This document shows, one piece after another, positions 15,690-34,510 of a DNA stretch of 64,000 bases. Each line of letters begins with the position of its first letter. Position 1 is the stretch's first letter. Origin of the DNA: the human T2T-CHM13v2.0 reference genome, Homo sapiens; NCBI RefSeq assembly GCF_009914755.1, contig NC_060934.1. One strand, 5' to 3'. The position numbers and the translations under genes were made by a program. The notes under the pieces are model-generated. The model was not told the origin of the DNA, did no database searches, and saw only the letters and a program-made list of their open reading frames with translations.

Positions 15690-16450
15690 TCCCACCTCCC
15701 ATTCCCAGCTCTGCTGTTTACTAGCTGTGTGACTTTAGGCAAAGTGCTGAACCTTTGAGTGCCTCCATTTCTGTATCTGGGAAATGGACATGATGATAAA
15801 GTTACCATAGGTTGTTGTTGAGGCAGGAGAATAGGCTCTGGAGGCAGGGAACCTAAGGCCAGCTCAAGCTGACCTCTTAGAACTAAATTGAAAGGAAAAC
15901 CCCAACTTTCCAAGCTTAAGTAACAGAAGGACCAGAGGCTTCTCCCTTAGCAAACCCCCTCTTTTCTGCGTGGCAGATGGAAAATTGAAAGTACCTCTGA
16001 TTGCGGGATAAGTCTTTGTTTGCATAGGAGTGCAACTTTGTAACTTCACTTTAGCCTCTGATTGGTTGCTTTCTGCAACCAGACTGCAATCAGACTGATT
16101 GCGGGATACTGCTTCATTTGCATGAGATGAACACCAAGTGGCAAACGGGAAAGCTCCAGTGGGTATTCGGAGCCCAGAAGATTCTGTAACTGGGCTCTTG
16201 AGCCCCTATGCTCCAGTTGCTCCCTCTCTGTGGAGTGTACTTTCGTCTTCAATAAATCTCTGCTTTTGTTGCTTCATTCTTTCCTTGCTTTGTGAGTTTT
16301 GTCCAATTCTTTGTTCAAAATGCCAAGAACCTGGACATCCTCCACCGGTAACATGGTGAGGGCTAAGTTACTGTAAGGGTTACGTGCGTATATTATGCAG
16401 AAAACACTGAAACAGTGCCTGGCACATAGTAAATACTTGATAAATGCTAC
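15690..16450 (+). mobile_element. MIR split by an LTR insertion
   Basis: MIR core at 15700-15818 resumes at about 16358 (GAGGGCTAAG...CAGTGCCTGGCACATAGTAA). Confidence 0.8.
15819..16353 (+). mobile_element. ERV1 solo LTR (MER51-like)
   Basis: TG...CA termini, start TGAGGCAGGAGAATAGG, AATAAA at about 16251, near-identical 4-bp flanks TTGT/TGGT. Confidence 0.8.
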
Positions 16451-17365
16451 AATTATTCCTTCTTAGTCCAGAACCTCAAATAGATACACCTATTTCCGTC
16501 TCTCTCACACCTATTGAATCTGTATTAGGTCCTAATATTTTGCCTGAGGGAGTTGCACTTGCTGGGTTTACCAATTAAAATGATCAGTTCACAGCCTTAT
16601 GCCCTTCATAAGAAACAAGCAATTAAACGAATGTTGGTTGAAAAAGCCCTATGCGCCTCTTCTTCCTTCAGGACAGTGAAATCCTATCTCAGGCCAGGTT
16701 AATACAGCTAATGTGGGAGAAAATTTAGATCTCCATATTCATCTAGTGAATTTGGAAAGGCAAGAGTTATTCTGATTTATCAAACAAATTAGTGACTCTT
16801 AAATTTAGCTCTGTGTCTGAAATAGCAAAAGAACTTAATATAAATACCAGTATCTGGGCACCACTCCAGATCTGTGATGTGGTCTGGGCATCTGTATGTC
16901 TAATAAAAGTTTCTCAGGTGATTCGGAGCACAAAACTCCAAATGAGTACACAGCCCATAATACTGCTTTAGTTAAGCAGAGCTGAATAAAGTACCACTAA
17001 AGATACATTTATATTGAACAGGGTTCTTCCTGTTAGTATCTTTCATTATGAGATTAATGACTTGCTGCTATCTCTGGAAAGATATATTTGGCAAACTAAA
17101 TCCTAAAGGAATCAAGTATTAAGTGATTATGGAAATCTAAGCCTCTTGGTTAGGCATTTCATACATGACTCTTTGTTGCTATCAACCTGGATTCACACGT
17201 TAATGACAGTAGAATTCACAAGTGTCCCAGAACATTACAACACACTCGATCGATATTAATCGAAAAGGAGCAGCAGAAATAATTTAAGTAAGATTGCAAT
17301 TGCCACGGAGCTCTGACCTTTCAGAAACACTCGTACACGAAAGTGCCAGGACCCTCATGTTGCAC

Positions 17366-17384
17366 GGTTCCAGGGGGCGCTGTT
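17366..17384 (+). promoter_or_regulatory. CTCF motif
   Basis: GGTTCCAGGGGGCGCTGTT matches the CCAGGGGGCGC core. Confidence 0.6.
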
Positions 17385-17975
17385 TGCAGAGTGTAGACTG
17401 AAGACTGCCTCCTAGGAAGGGCGACTTGCTGGCCTGCAGGACGGGGCACAGGCGCAGGGTCCCTGCCCAGCACAACCACGCCTTATCCCAGCTGGAGTCT
17501 GAAGGCCCCGCAGGGGAACTCCCCTCTCTTACTCACCTCCATCCCCTTCACCTCCGCTCCTGCAGCCTCCATGCACTTCAGTGGGAAACGGATCTGCACT
17601 ACAAACTGCCCCCCTTGCAGAGTTCCAAGCTCATCTAATTACATAGTGTTTAGAACAGTGCAATAAATCAAAAGATACTTCCTTAGCCCTGGAGGTGAAT
17701 AGAATAGTTTCATGTCATTAAACCCCACGACCAAGGGACCCTTTATGACACGGACTTCTTTTGGGAGGTGATGCCTCTGTCCGTGTGAGAGTCCTGGCTC
17801 CTGGTAGGTTTCTTCCGGTGCCTCCCAGGCAGTTGGAGGACGCCGCTCTCATTAGGTCATGTTTACTGAAGGTGCTTGTTTTCTGTCTCTCCATTCATTC
17901 GGTTACAGGACACCCGACGGGACAAAGCGTGTTGTAACCGACCACCAATGGAGCCGGCTCTGTTCACGGATTATG

Positions 17976-17989
17976 GTTGTCTTGGCAAC
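17976..17989. promoter_or_regulatory. RFX X-box-like motif
   Basis: GTTGTCTTGGCAAC, one mismatch to GTNRCC-N2-RGYAAC; CCAAT at 17945-17949. Confidence 0.45.
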
Positions 17990-19342
17990 CAGCTTTGCTG
18001 AACTCACCACAGCAAACATGGAATGAATGACTGGGTCAACACCCGAGATAAAAAGAGGGTTATGCAACTGTTTGCTGAACCCTTGGCGGGATTTTTTTTT
18101 TTCTGGACATTTCCCAGAATGTCCCCATATTCAAAAATTCCAAATGAAGAATTCCTATTTAAACCCATAACAAGTATTGCCATTGTTCATAGAAAAGAGC
18201 TGTTGCTTTTGGAAATATAATTTAAGGTCTGCAGACGATTTGAACTGGGTGTTGCTTCAGTTTCAGTAACCGTGCAAAAGCGTATTTAACGATAAGTTTT
18301 CCCTAGACAGGAAACGAGAGAGGCCACTCATGTATTTCTAATGATCTACATAAATAATTTCATCTACTTAGATTCAAAACTTTAGTCATTAAATGGTTTT
18401 ACTCTCAGCTAAATAGATTCTTGAAAATGAATTTTAAAACGCAGAAATAAGCTTTTGAAAAAAAATTCAGAGACAGGATGGAGCCTCTCTTTGTGGAAAA
18501 GCAAATTGGCAAACAGGACAATTTATTTAAGACAGTGAGTACAAAGGGAGCAAGGTTCTGGGCTCTCCTGTTTCCCAAGCCATTTAATTCTATGCAAACA
18601 ATTACATGGTAATATAATCCAGGTTTCTAGAATAGTTTATGTTTATTTCTGTCTCGGACTGGAAGAAAAATATTGCACCGGGTAAGATAGTAACAGTTGT
18701 TATGACTTGTACCTGGGTGCTTGACACAGCTTTCCTCATAATTATTCTTTGTGTTTTCCTGATTTGTAGATTTCTCCTGTTTTCTGAGCTCTGACTCCTG
18801 GAGATGTTCTCAGCTTCTTCCTCCTCCCACCTTTTCTTTTCCTCCCAATAGAATCTGATCTGGGTTTTATATAAAGTAGGCCCGAAGAGCTGGTTGTTGT
18901 CCTCATAAACAGTTCATTTCAGATGGCTGAGTTGAGGTCTTTCTTACTTTTCTCCTGTTTGCTCCGAAGACACTGGTCCATGTTTCTTTAAATTCAAATC
19001 GTACTTCTCTCAACAGCAGTTTGTCCTGTCCTTAAAATCCAGCCGGGGGGGGAAGGAGCCATGAAATATCTTGAAGAGTTTTTTATTTTTATGTTTTTAA
19101 AAATTGCTCATGGCCCAGATCAATTATTCTAGATTGAGTGATTGATTGATAAGTGTAGCAAGGGTACACTTATCACCAGATAATTTCAAAATCATTCAGA
19201 TAATTTCAAAATATCTTCCTTTTTAGTGTGCTTTTATTTCCTGTTTTTATCTTACACACAAACTTTTTTTCTGGAAAATTTTGGATAAAAATAATGAACA
19301 TAAGTGCAAAAGGATATGTATTTTTTGAAGTAAATATTTTAA

Positions 19343-24780
<5,438 letters not shown>

Positions 24781-25578
24781 ATTATTTTTACAACAAAAAA
24801 TTCATTCCCTCCAATAAGAACAATCTTGTGTGTTTAAAAAAATCAGAAAATAAAGATAAGCAACATGGAGAAAGTAAAAGTAGATACCAGTATTCTCAGA
24901 TTGTTAACACATTGATGGATTTCCTTTCTGATCTCCTCTGTATGTGTAGTTTTGGAAAAAGTTATCAAGTTTTGTATACGTATACGCTAATGTATCTTAA
25001 ACGTAGACATTTTTAGTTTGCAAAGAAGACACATTGCTAAGTTACTTAAGTGAGGAAAGCTAAGATTAGAATATGAAGAAATCAAGAAAGCTGTCTTTAT
25101 TGTTGTTCAGACATTCCAGGTACCAGACTTTAAGAAAGACTGGAAGAATGTCTCATTTTCAAGAGGCAAGGCAAGCTCAGGGGACCTCCACCACTAGTGA
25201 TTGGGCCATTTCATCCCCTTGACACAGAGATCCATTGGTCCCTGCTACTCTCTTACTGTTCCTAACAGAGAGACTTTGTTTGGATCAGTTTTCACATCAC
25301 TTAATACGGAGCATGTGTACTGGGCAGAGTCTTGAGCCAAGCCACATGATAGGAAGCTAGTTTCCCGTATGACCACGTTACACAAGTTCACGCTGGTCTC
25401 TTATGGCTCAGGCCCAAGTCTCACACATTGTGAACACAGTAGCAACGTTCATATAACACTATATACTACATTTTACATGGAAAAAAACTACCTGTGGTCA
25501 ATGTCTCATGAAAGAGTTGTGGGAGGGGAGATACACTGGGAAACCCAGGCCTGTATATTTCAAATATTTAGAACATTT

Positions 25579-25870
25579 GGTGCCAGGTGCAGTGGCCCAT
25601 GCCTGTAATCCCAGCACTTTGGGAGGTTGAGGTGGGAGGATTACTTGAGCCTAAGAGTTCAAAATCAGCCTGGGCAACATAGCAAGACCCTGTCTCTACT
25701 AAAAATAAAAAAAAATAGCTGGATGTTGTGGCGTGTGTCTACAGTCCCAGGTAATTGGGAGGCTGAGATGGGAGGACTGCTTGAGGCTGGGAGTTTGAGG
25801 CTGCAGTGAGCCATGATTGCACTACTACGCTTTAGCCCCTTTTTTTTTTCTCAAAACAAACAAACAAAAA
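25579..25870 (+). mobile_element. Alu (J-type)
   Basis: Dimer; flanks AGAACATTTGG on both sides. Confidence 0.92.
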
Positions 25871-26089
25871 GCAGAACATTTGGGTTGATTTCAAGTTTTT
25901 ACTAATGTGAAAAACAGCCCTGTGGCTCATCTTTGCACTAGTCTTTCACATCCACATGGACATGAGTGACTTTCACAGGTAATAATAATGACAATACAAA
26001 TCACAATTGCTCATAGGACATATAGAACCTCAACAGCTGTCAGTTGAGAAAATGCATTCATTTTGCTATACTTTTGCAGAATTCTTATG

Positions 26090-26260
26090 CCTGAATATCA
26101 TATAACAAATAACTGAATATATCTCAGAGGCAACCGAGGTTCATAGAGCCAAGTGATACACCCAAAGGCATGTGACTCAACTGTGGAAAATTCTAAGGGT
26201 AAACTTCAGGCCTGGCAACATCTAGTCTAGGTGTCTTGCTACTATGCTGTGCTGCCTTTC
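26090..26260 (-). mobile_element. MIR fragment
   Basis: CAGAGGCAACCGAGGTTCATAGAG...CCCAAAGG. Confidence 0.55.
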
Positions 26261-26999
26261 TCTTCTCAGAAAAAAGTGTTCTTAGGAGACCAAGGCTACA
26301 ATGCTGTTTAGAAATCCCTCTTATTCACATTTTAGGGAGACTTTGAACAATAAAGGTAAAACAAAAAATAAGGTTTTTCTGGTTGACTCTCAATTAAACA
26401 ATGAAATTTATTAGAAATTAACTAGAAAATTTTATTTCTAAATATTTTGGTAAGTTGAAGATGTTCTATAAATAAGGAGATTGATTGGCACCTGCTGTAT
26501 ACAAGCCCTATTAATCACAGCTGCTTGAGTTCTTAGGCAGCCGTAGGATTTATCCATTTCCTTCATCATTGACTCTTTCGGTCACATATATCTAAGGGCT
26601 ATTGGGGAGATTATGATGATAGTTTTCTCAAATTATTTACCCCAATCAAAGTATCTACTTTTTGGGAATCTCTGGTACATTGCTTTAGGCATAAAAGCTT
26701 AACAAATGGAACATGATTACTAATATTCCCACATTTTAAATTTGTGTTTAAGGTAGATGTCCTGAAATTAAGGGACATAAAAATTTTCTACACATGAGCA
26801 TATGTTAATAAGAATCAAATAGTTTTAGGATAAAATTCACCTTTGAGAGCTGAAGCTATGATTGATGATATTTTCACTTCTCATTGAGATGTCTGATGTT
26901 CCACAGATCTCATCTGCTGCAGGTTGGAAGAAATTTAGAAGCAGCAATTCTTTTGGGCACTGTAAATAATTAAAAGATCACTTGTTAGAAGGAGGAGCA

Positions 27000-27220
27000 G
27001 TGACAGTAATATTTTCTGAGCACTTCTTAGGTGCCAGATATCTTATATTGTCATCTCACTTAATCCCCAAAACAACCCGTGAGGCCAGTTATTTCATCAG
27101 CCTGTTGTACAGGTGGGGAAGCACAAGTTTTGAGAGGTGTGGCGATTTCTGAAAGTTCCTTAGTTAATAAGTCACAGGAAGAGGAGCAAAATGAAGATCT
27201 GTGTATTTCTAGAGCTTGCA
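27000..27220 (-). mobile_element. MIR
   Basis: CTGAGCACTT...GTGCCAG...TCACTTAATCCCCAAAACAACCC. Confidence 0.75.
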
Positions 27221-28151
27221 TCATTTTTTTTCCCCCCACAATGTAAAACTGCTTCCTGAAAGTCAGGATTAAAGAAGATTGGATTTTAGAAATTAAGAAT
27301 ATTTCTCTAAATCGATAAGGTGTAAATCCACTACAGGGTTTCTCCTCAATTAATTTCCAATTAGTTTGTCTTCTAAAATGCATGCATTCCAATTAGTTTG
27401 TCTTATAAAATGCAGGCTGGAAATGTGAGTCTTCAAGATCCAGCGAGCACAGCAACCTGGCAGACTTGTTGGTTTTGTTGCAAGACTCAAGGCTAATGTT
27501 CCTCTAAATCCTTAAAAGGCACATTAGCGGGTAATTACAACAAGTAAAGACTAATGGGAGAACCACATCTGTTTTGTTGATTTTACTTAGGGAAGAATTC
27601 TGGGTTAGGAGATTTAGTCAAATTGCTTGACCTGATTTAGGCACCCCTAACCCCAATCCAGAGCATACCTGCAAGGGACTCATTGTCTAATGGAAATATC
27701 TCTTGACCTCATGTGTGCGTAGGAAGAGCACAAGCAGCTGTGTGCTGACTGTCATCCTGTTTCTGACACAGTGACCGGGCTGATGACTGTAGACAGGCCA
27801 CTCATTTTCCTGACCCTGAAAAAGTCGTAGAATGTGCCTAGGAGGAGGAATGTCATAAAGACATTTTTATCTTTGTTGTCTCCCAAGGGACCCAAAGTGT
27901 TTTCCAAATGAACTGACAAAAATCCATTTGAGAGAGAGCTTTCTCTGCTTGAATTGCTCCCAAGGTATCTGGAGTCCAGGTGCTCATGGAGTGAAACTTT
28001 CCAGGTGGACATGCCTTCACTTTTTGAGAAGTTGGAGTAACAAAGCTTTCACTCGGGACACAGAGAAATTATTATTAGCTTCTTATGCATGGAGTAATTA
28101 AAAAATCGGTTCTTATAGGTTTTCCTTATTATATACAATGTAATTCACATC

Positions 28152-28578
28152 TGTCTGTGGCAAAGACAATGCTACATGTTCACGAAATCCCATTGAATCT
28201 TCCTCTTCCAAAGCAAGTAGAATGACTACATTTCCTAGCCTCCCTTTCAGTTAGATTAGGACCATGGGACTGGTTCTCATCAATGGGGTGTGAGCATTGT
28301 AACCCATTTCCAGATCTGATCCTTAGAAATATCGCATCTGAACACACGGCCTTGGTTTCCTTGACTCAGTAACCATGGAAGCCATGTGTTCAGTTCACCT
28401 CATCAAAAGATGAAGGCAGCCTGAATCCCTGGGTTACCAGATGGAGGAGAGATGCTCTGCAGAGTCATCTTTCCCATTAGACTTTATGTGAGTGAGAATA
28501 AAACCTTTCTTTGGCAAGCCACAGAGACTTCTGTTTTTTTGATCATCGTATAATAGCCAAGTCTATTCTGAATAATGC
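28152..28578 (+). mobile_element. MLT1-type MaLR LTR
   Basis: CTACATTTCCTAGCCTCCCTTTCAGTTAG...GTGAGAATAAAACC typical of MLT1H/I. Confidence 0.7.
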
Positions 28579-28789
28579 ATTCTTCTTTTCATATGAGCTT
28601 ATGCTCTGTATTTCAACTTGAGCCTCATAGAATCTTGACTTTTTATTGAAACTTTAAAACTCTGTAGTCCATCCATCCATCTGATGCTTGACTGTCCTCT
28701 ACTAGATCTTAGTCAAGGAGATTACATCCTCTATAACAGCCGTTTAGAGTAGCACGGCTTTTATAGGTTCCCTTTACAGTGAACTACAT

Positions 28790-29370
28790 TATTATTATTA
28801 TTTTATTTCAATAGGTTTTTGGGGAACAGGTGGTGTTTTGTTACATGAATAAGTTCTTTAGTGGTGGTTTCTGAGATTTTGGTGCACCCATCACCTGAGC
28901 AGTGTACACTGTACCCAATGTGTACTCTTTTATCCCTTGCCACCCTCCCACTGTTTCCCCCAAGTCCCCAGAATCCACTGTATAATTCTTATGCCTTTGC
29001 GTCCTCATAGCCCAGCCCCCACTTACAAATGAGAACATACAATGTTTGGTTTTCCATCCCTGAATTACTTCACTTAGAATAATGGTCTCCAATTCCATCC
29101 AGGTTGCTGTGAACGCCATTATTTTGTTTCTTTTTATGGTTGGGTAGTATTCCATGGTGTATATATCCACTCATTGATTGATGGGCATTGTTTATCCACT
29201 CATTGATTGATGGGCATTTGGGGTAGTTCCATATTTTTGCAATTGCAAATTGCGCTGTTGTAAACGTGCATGTGCAAGTATCTTTTTCGTATAATATAAT
29301 GGTTTCTTTTCCTCTGGGTGGATATCCAGGAGGGGGATTGCTAGATCAAATAGTAGTTTTACTTTTAGTT
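28790..29370 (-). mobile_element. L1PB-type 3' end, 5'-truncated
   Basis: ORF2 C-terminus (IYTMEYY...WMELETIILSE); TSD-like TA(C/T)AGTGAACTACAT on both sides. Confidence 0.9.
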
Positions 29371-30009
29371 ATAGTGAACTACATATTAGATGGTGTCTTC
29401 TGTACACTTGAGCCATTAAGCCACGCTTCTAACCAACATTTCCCTTGCCCTCAATGAACCACATTTCAGCCAGCCCACAGAGAAAAGCCACAAGTGTTAA
29501 GGCAGATTATAAGTGCCTGAACAGGATCCCTAAATTAATATCACTGTGTTGGGGCTTGCCCTTTTCACCGGTGCTCGCACATTTTGCAAACATTAAAGTG
29601 TCTGCTCTATACCTCTCCTCATTTTCACTTCCCCTTACCATTTTGGACTCTGGCGCTCCAGCACTGTTTTCATTCTTTCCTCTGACAGCAGCATCTTCTG
29701 TTGTCTCAGGAGAGGACTCCGCCTCAACTCTCAGTGTGATAAATCACACCCCATTGCGGTCCTGGAGTCTTTGTAGTGCCCTGGTGACACCAGGCTGGCC
29801 CTGTCCTCAGCCTTCCCCACCCGAAGCAGGAACAGTGGAGGGTGAGAAGCAGATGCAGAATAGAACAGCCAACTCATTTTACACGATGTCAAAAAGTTAA
29901 ATCAGAAATGAGATCTGTCAGGCTAGAAGAGTAGGGGCTAGCAGAGACCCTCCTATCCTGGGGAAACCTTCTTTGAGATAATTTTGCAGAATTTCAGGGA
30001 ATTGTAGTC

Positions 30010-30262
30010 CTCTTCTCAGAGGCCATGTCATTCAAGAGATCTTCCTGACCATCTTTTCTATTCCATTCCTTGTTATACTCTATCTCCTGTTCTTGCATTA
30101 TTTTTCTTCACACATGTTCCACTACTTGATATATTGTTTATTTTTTGGCTCCCATCAATAGGAAGTCTTGAAGACAGTAACTTTATTTGTTTACTGCTGT
30201 ATTCCCATATCCAAAAGAGTACCTAGCACACACTAGGTGCTCAATAAATATTTGCTAGATGT
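30010..30262 (+). mobile_element. L2 3' end
   Basis: TACTGCTGTATTCCC...CCTAGCACACACTAGGTGCTCAATAAATATTTG. Confidence 0.8.
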
Positions 30263-33200
30263 TGTGTAAATAGCAGAATAAAACACTTACAGGGCTAGAA
30301 AATCAAGCTGAGGAGTTCTCCAAGAGTATAGCAGGAAAATAACAAAGAGATGAAAAAAAATGGAAGAAAAGTGAAGAGATAAGGAAGATAGTTTCAGAAG
30401 CTCCAAATATAGCAAATTAGAGGAAGAAAAAAGAGAAAGAATGAAGAGATAATTTTCAAAACAATCACATAAGAACATTTCTCATATCTGGCAAGAAGAT
30501 AATGGTACTGAGGTTGAATGTGCTTAAGTTCCATGTAGAATAAATGAAAAGATGCATCATAGGGAAATTCCAGAATGCTCAAATGAAGAAAAAAGTTCTG
30601 TAAGTATCTAGAGAAAAACACCAGATAACTCCCAAGCAGGAAGAATAAGACTGGCATCTGCATGGGCATAGCTAAAACCAGTGCAGGAAGATACTGGGGC
30701 AATGTTTTTGAATTTTTACACAATGAGGTCACCTAAAGGTGCAAAAAAAAAATGTAGAAATAACTCATCATAGGAAAATGGAAAAAAAATGAACAGTGGA
30801 ATATATATAATGTCAATAAGAAAGAAGCAAAGTAACATATGAGAGCCAGGATAAATCTAGTGTCGGTTGATAATGTGAGTTCAGGGTGATACTAACACCA
30901 TGTGATACCATTTATGTGTATTTAAAAAACAGAGGAATCAGCTTTATTTGTTATATTTATTATTTTTATATCTCTCTTTCTTTCTGTATCTAGTTCAAAA
31001 TTATGCATGGGAATTATTTTCATATGCATGGGAACTTAAGAAAGTTCCCAAATATGCATGGGAACTTTAGAAAAATGGTTACCTCTGGAAGGGTAAGAGA
31101 AGATGAGGGATTCTTTAACTGTGTATGTAATGCAATGTTTTAATTCACTTGCAAAAATAAAATATCTCAACTATGGCTGAAAGTTCTAAATGTTGTTAAA
31201 TACAGGTGCTGAATACAGAGGGTGGTTACAGTATATTTTTCTAAGTATGCCTAATTTAAAAATAAAGACATTTTCAGATGTACAAAGACACAGAAAATTT
31301 ATTATCATCTCTGAGAAAGAAGAAGAGGGAAGTAAGAAGCAATGGGGAGTAAAGAAAATCGATAAAACTTACTCTTAAAAATAACAAAATATCAGTATTT
31401 TAAAAAATTATTGGAATTATAGACCTAAAAGGCCAGATAATGTAATTGGAATTGGTGGTGGTGGAAAAGCCAGTGAAGGAGTGAGGTTACCGGAGATGTG
31501 GAGAGTAAGAGATCAGAAATGTTCTCAGTTCTTGTTTAGGGGGAGGCTCTAGACACTAAGTCTAGTTGTTTGTAGTAGTACACATTTAAGTATGTGTGTT
31601 AAAATGTAAGAGTAATCTATAAAAGGAGGGAAGGAGAGTGTAAAAATTTTATACCTTTGGAGGTGAGAGGTGAGGGAGAGAAGAGAAGGGAAAGAGAGGA
31701 GATGAAGAAGAGAAAGAAAACAAACAAAAGAAAATGTAAAAACCCTCTAACAGGTGGCAGGGGAGAGAGTAACAGAAAATATGGTGATAGAATACACACA
31801 CACAAACTCTCGCAAAAAGAAAAAAAGTATAGTCCTTCACAAACTCTTCCAAAAAAAAAAAAAACCACAAAAAAAACCAAATGCCACATACAAGAAAAGA
31901 GAACCCTTTCAAACTCATTCTATGAGGTCAGTATTACTATGTTAAAAAAAAAAAATCTAAGACAGCACAAGAAAAGAACTACAGACCAATACCTCTTGTA
32001 AATATAGAGGCAAAAATCCTTGGCAAAATACTAGCAAACCAAATCCAGGAACATATACACCAGGGCCCAATCCAGGAACATATACACCAGGGCCAAGTGG
32101 GATTCATCCCAGGAATGGTTTAACATACAAAACCAATCAATGTAATGCATCATAACAATAGAATAAAAGACAAAAATTATACGATTAACTTAATAGACAG
32201 AAACAGCATTTAATAATATCTAACACCCTTTTATGATAAAACACTTAACAAAGAAGGAATGAAAGGGAATTTCCCTAAGCTGATTAAGGGTATCTACAAA
32301 AACCAAACAGTTAGATTGTACTTAATGGTGAAAGACTGAATACTTTTCCCTGAGGTAAGAAATATGACAAGAATGTTTGCCTTCACTACTTCTATTCAAC
32401 ATTGTGTTAAATGTTCTAGCCAGGGAAACTAGACGAGAAAAAGAAATAAAAGGCATCCAGATAGAAAAGGAAGAAGTTAAACTATTAGAACTAGCAAATA
32501 AGGTCAATAAGATTGCAGGGTATCAGATCAATATACAAAAATCAGCTGGATCCTCCACGCTAATAATGAGTAATCTAAAAACAAAATTAAGAAAATTCCA
32601 TTACAACAACATAAAAAAAGAATAAAATAATTAGGAGTAAATTTGAGAAAAGAAGTACAAGACTTGTACATTAAAAACTGTAAGTATTGTTGAAATAACT
32701 TAAAGAAACCCTGAAGAAATGGAAAGATATCCCATGTTCATGAATTGGAAGATAATATTATTAAGATGGCAATACCCAGATTGATCTACAGATTCAACAC
32801 AATCCTTAACAAAATACCAAAATACCAGCTGTCTGTTTTTTAAAGTTTTGTTTTTTGGGGTTTTGTTTTTGCAGATATTGTCAGGCTGGTCCTAAAATTT
32901 ATATGAAAATGCAAGGGGCCCCAAAATAGCAAAACAATCTTAAAAAGGAGAAAAAAAATTGAAAAGCGTACTTCTTGATTTCAAAGCTTACTACAAAGCT
33001 ATAGGCATAAGGATAGATTATGGATTAGGGGACTAGAACTGAAAGCCCAGAAATAAACTCTCACATTTATGATCAACTGAGTTAGGCAAGGGTGCCAAGA
33101 CAACAATGGAAAATGAATAGTGCTTTTCAATAAATGGTTCTGAAACAATTGTACTTAAAGAAACCACTGAATTGTGGACTTCAAAAATAACAATAACGAA

Positions 33201-34206
33201 CTTAAAAATAATATCTTTATCTCTTTATATTCTTTTTATAGGAGGCTTAAAGAGGAAAAAAAAAATAGTCCTGGCCATCAACTTATTACAGACAAAACAG
33301 TTTGAATAAAAAGTGTGAAAAATGGCAGCCCTATTTCATGCTCATAAAAGAAACTTGTTCTAAGAAGTTTTAGTTTTAAATATTTATGCATTGAAGAATA
33401 TGAACTCAAAGCATATAGATAAAATACTGATAGAAAAACAAGGAGTAATTAAGAAATCCAGTTATAGTGGAAGACCCCAACAACCTTTTTCTGAAATCTG
33501 CAGTTACAATAGACAAAAAATATATAAGAATAGAGAAGACAGGATTTGACCAACAAAATCAAAACTTTTGTTTCCAATGAAGGCAAATAGGTAATTGTTC
33601 TAAACATACATGGAACATGTATAATATTAACAATGTGTTAGGCAACAAAGGAAATTTCATCAAGTCCCCAAAAGTTATCATATTGTCCACTTATAATAAG
33701 CACAGTGCAATACAATTGCAGATTAATAATAGAATACTACCACAAGAAACTGTATGCTTAAAAATGAAAAAAAAAAACACATAATTACTCTTAGACTGAA
33801 TAGAAAATTAGTGAAAATTATAAAATATTTTGACATTAATGCTGAGATTACATATCAAAATTTCTGTGATGCAATTGAAAGTGTTCCAATTGAAAAAAAT
33901 TATAACTTTTAATACCTCTACTTGAAAATGAGAAGGATGTAAAATGAATAAACCAAGCTTCCAATCAAAGTGTCAGAAAAATAAAACCAAAATAAATTCA
34001 AAGAAGGTAGTGATTAAGAAAGAAAATAAAGCAAAAATGAAACTTAAAAAATATATTTTAGATAACACTTGATTTTAATAATGATTACAAAATAACAAGA
34101 CACTTCTTTGAAAATACCAATAACATCAAAAAACATATGGTAATTGTTAGCAAAGAAATAATAGAGATGTTTCAGTAAATAATATTAAGCAAGAAAGGGG
34201 GAATAT

Positions 34207-34510
<304 letters not shown>

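Noticed and set aside
31029-31050. Notch/RBPJ paired site (TGGGAA...TTCCCA)
   Set aside because: Spacer is 10 nt rather than 15-17, the GTGGGAA context is missing, and it is explained by fold-back duplication
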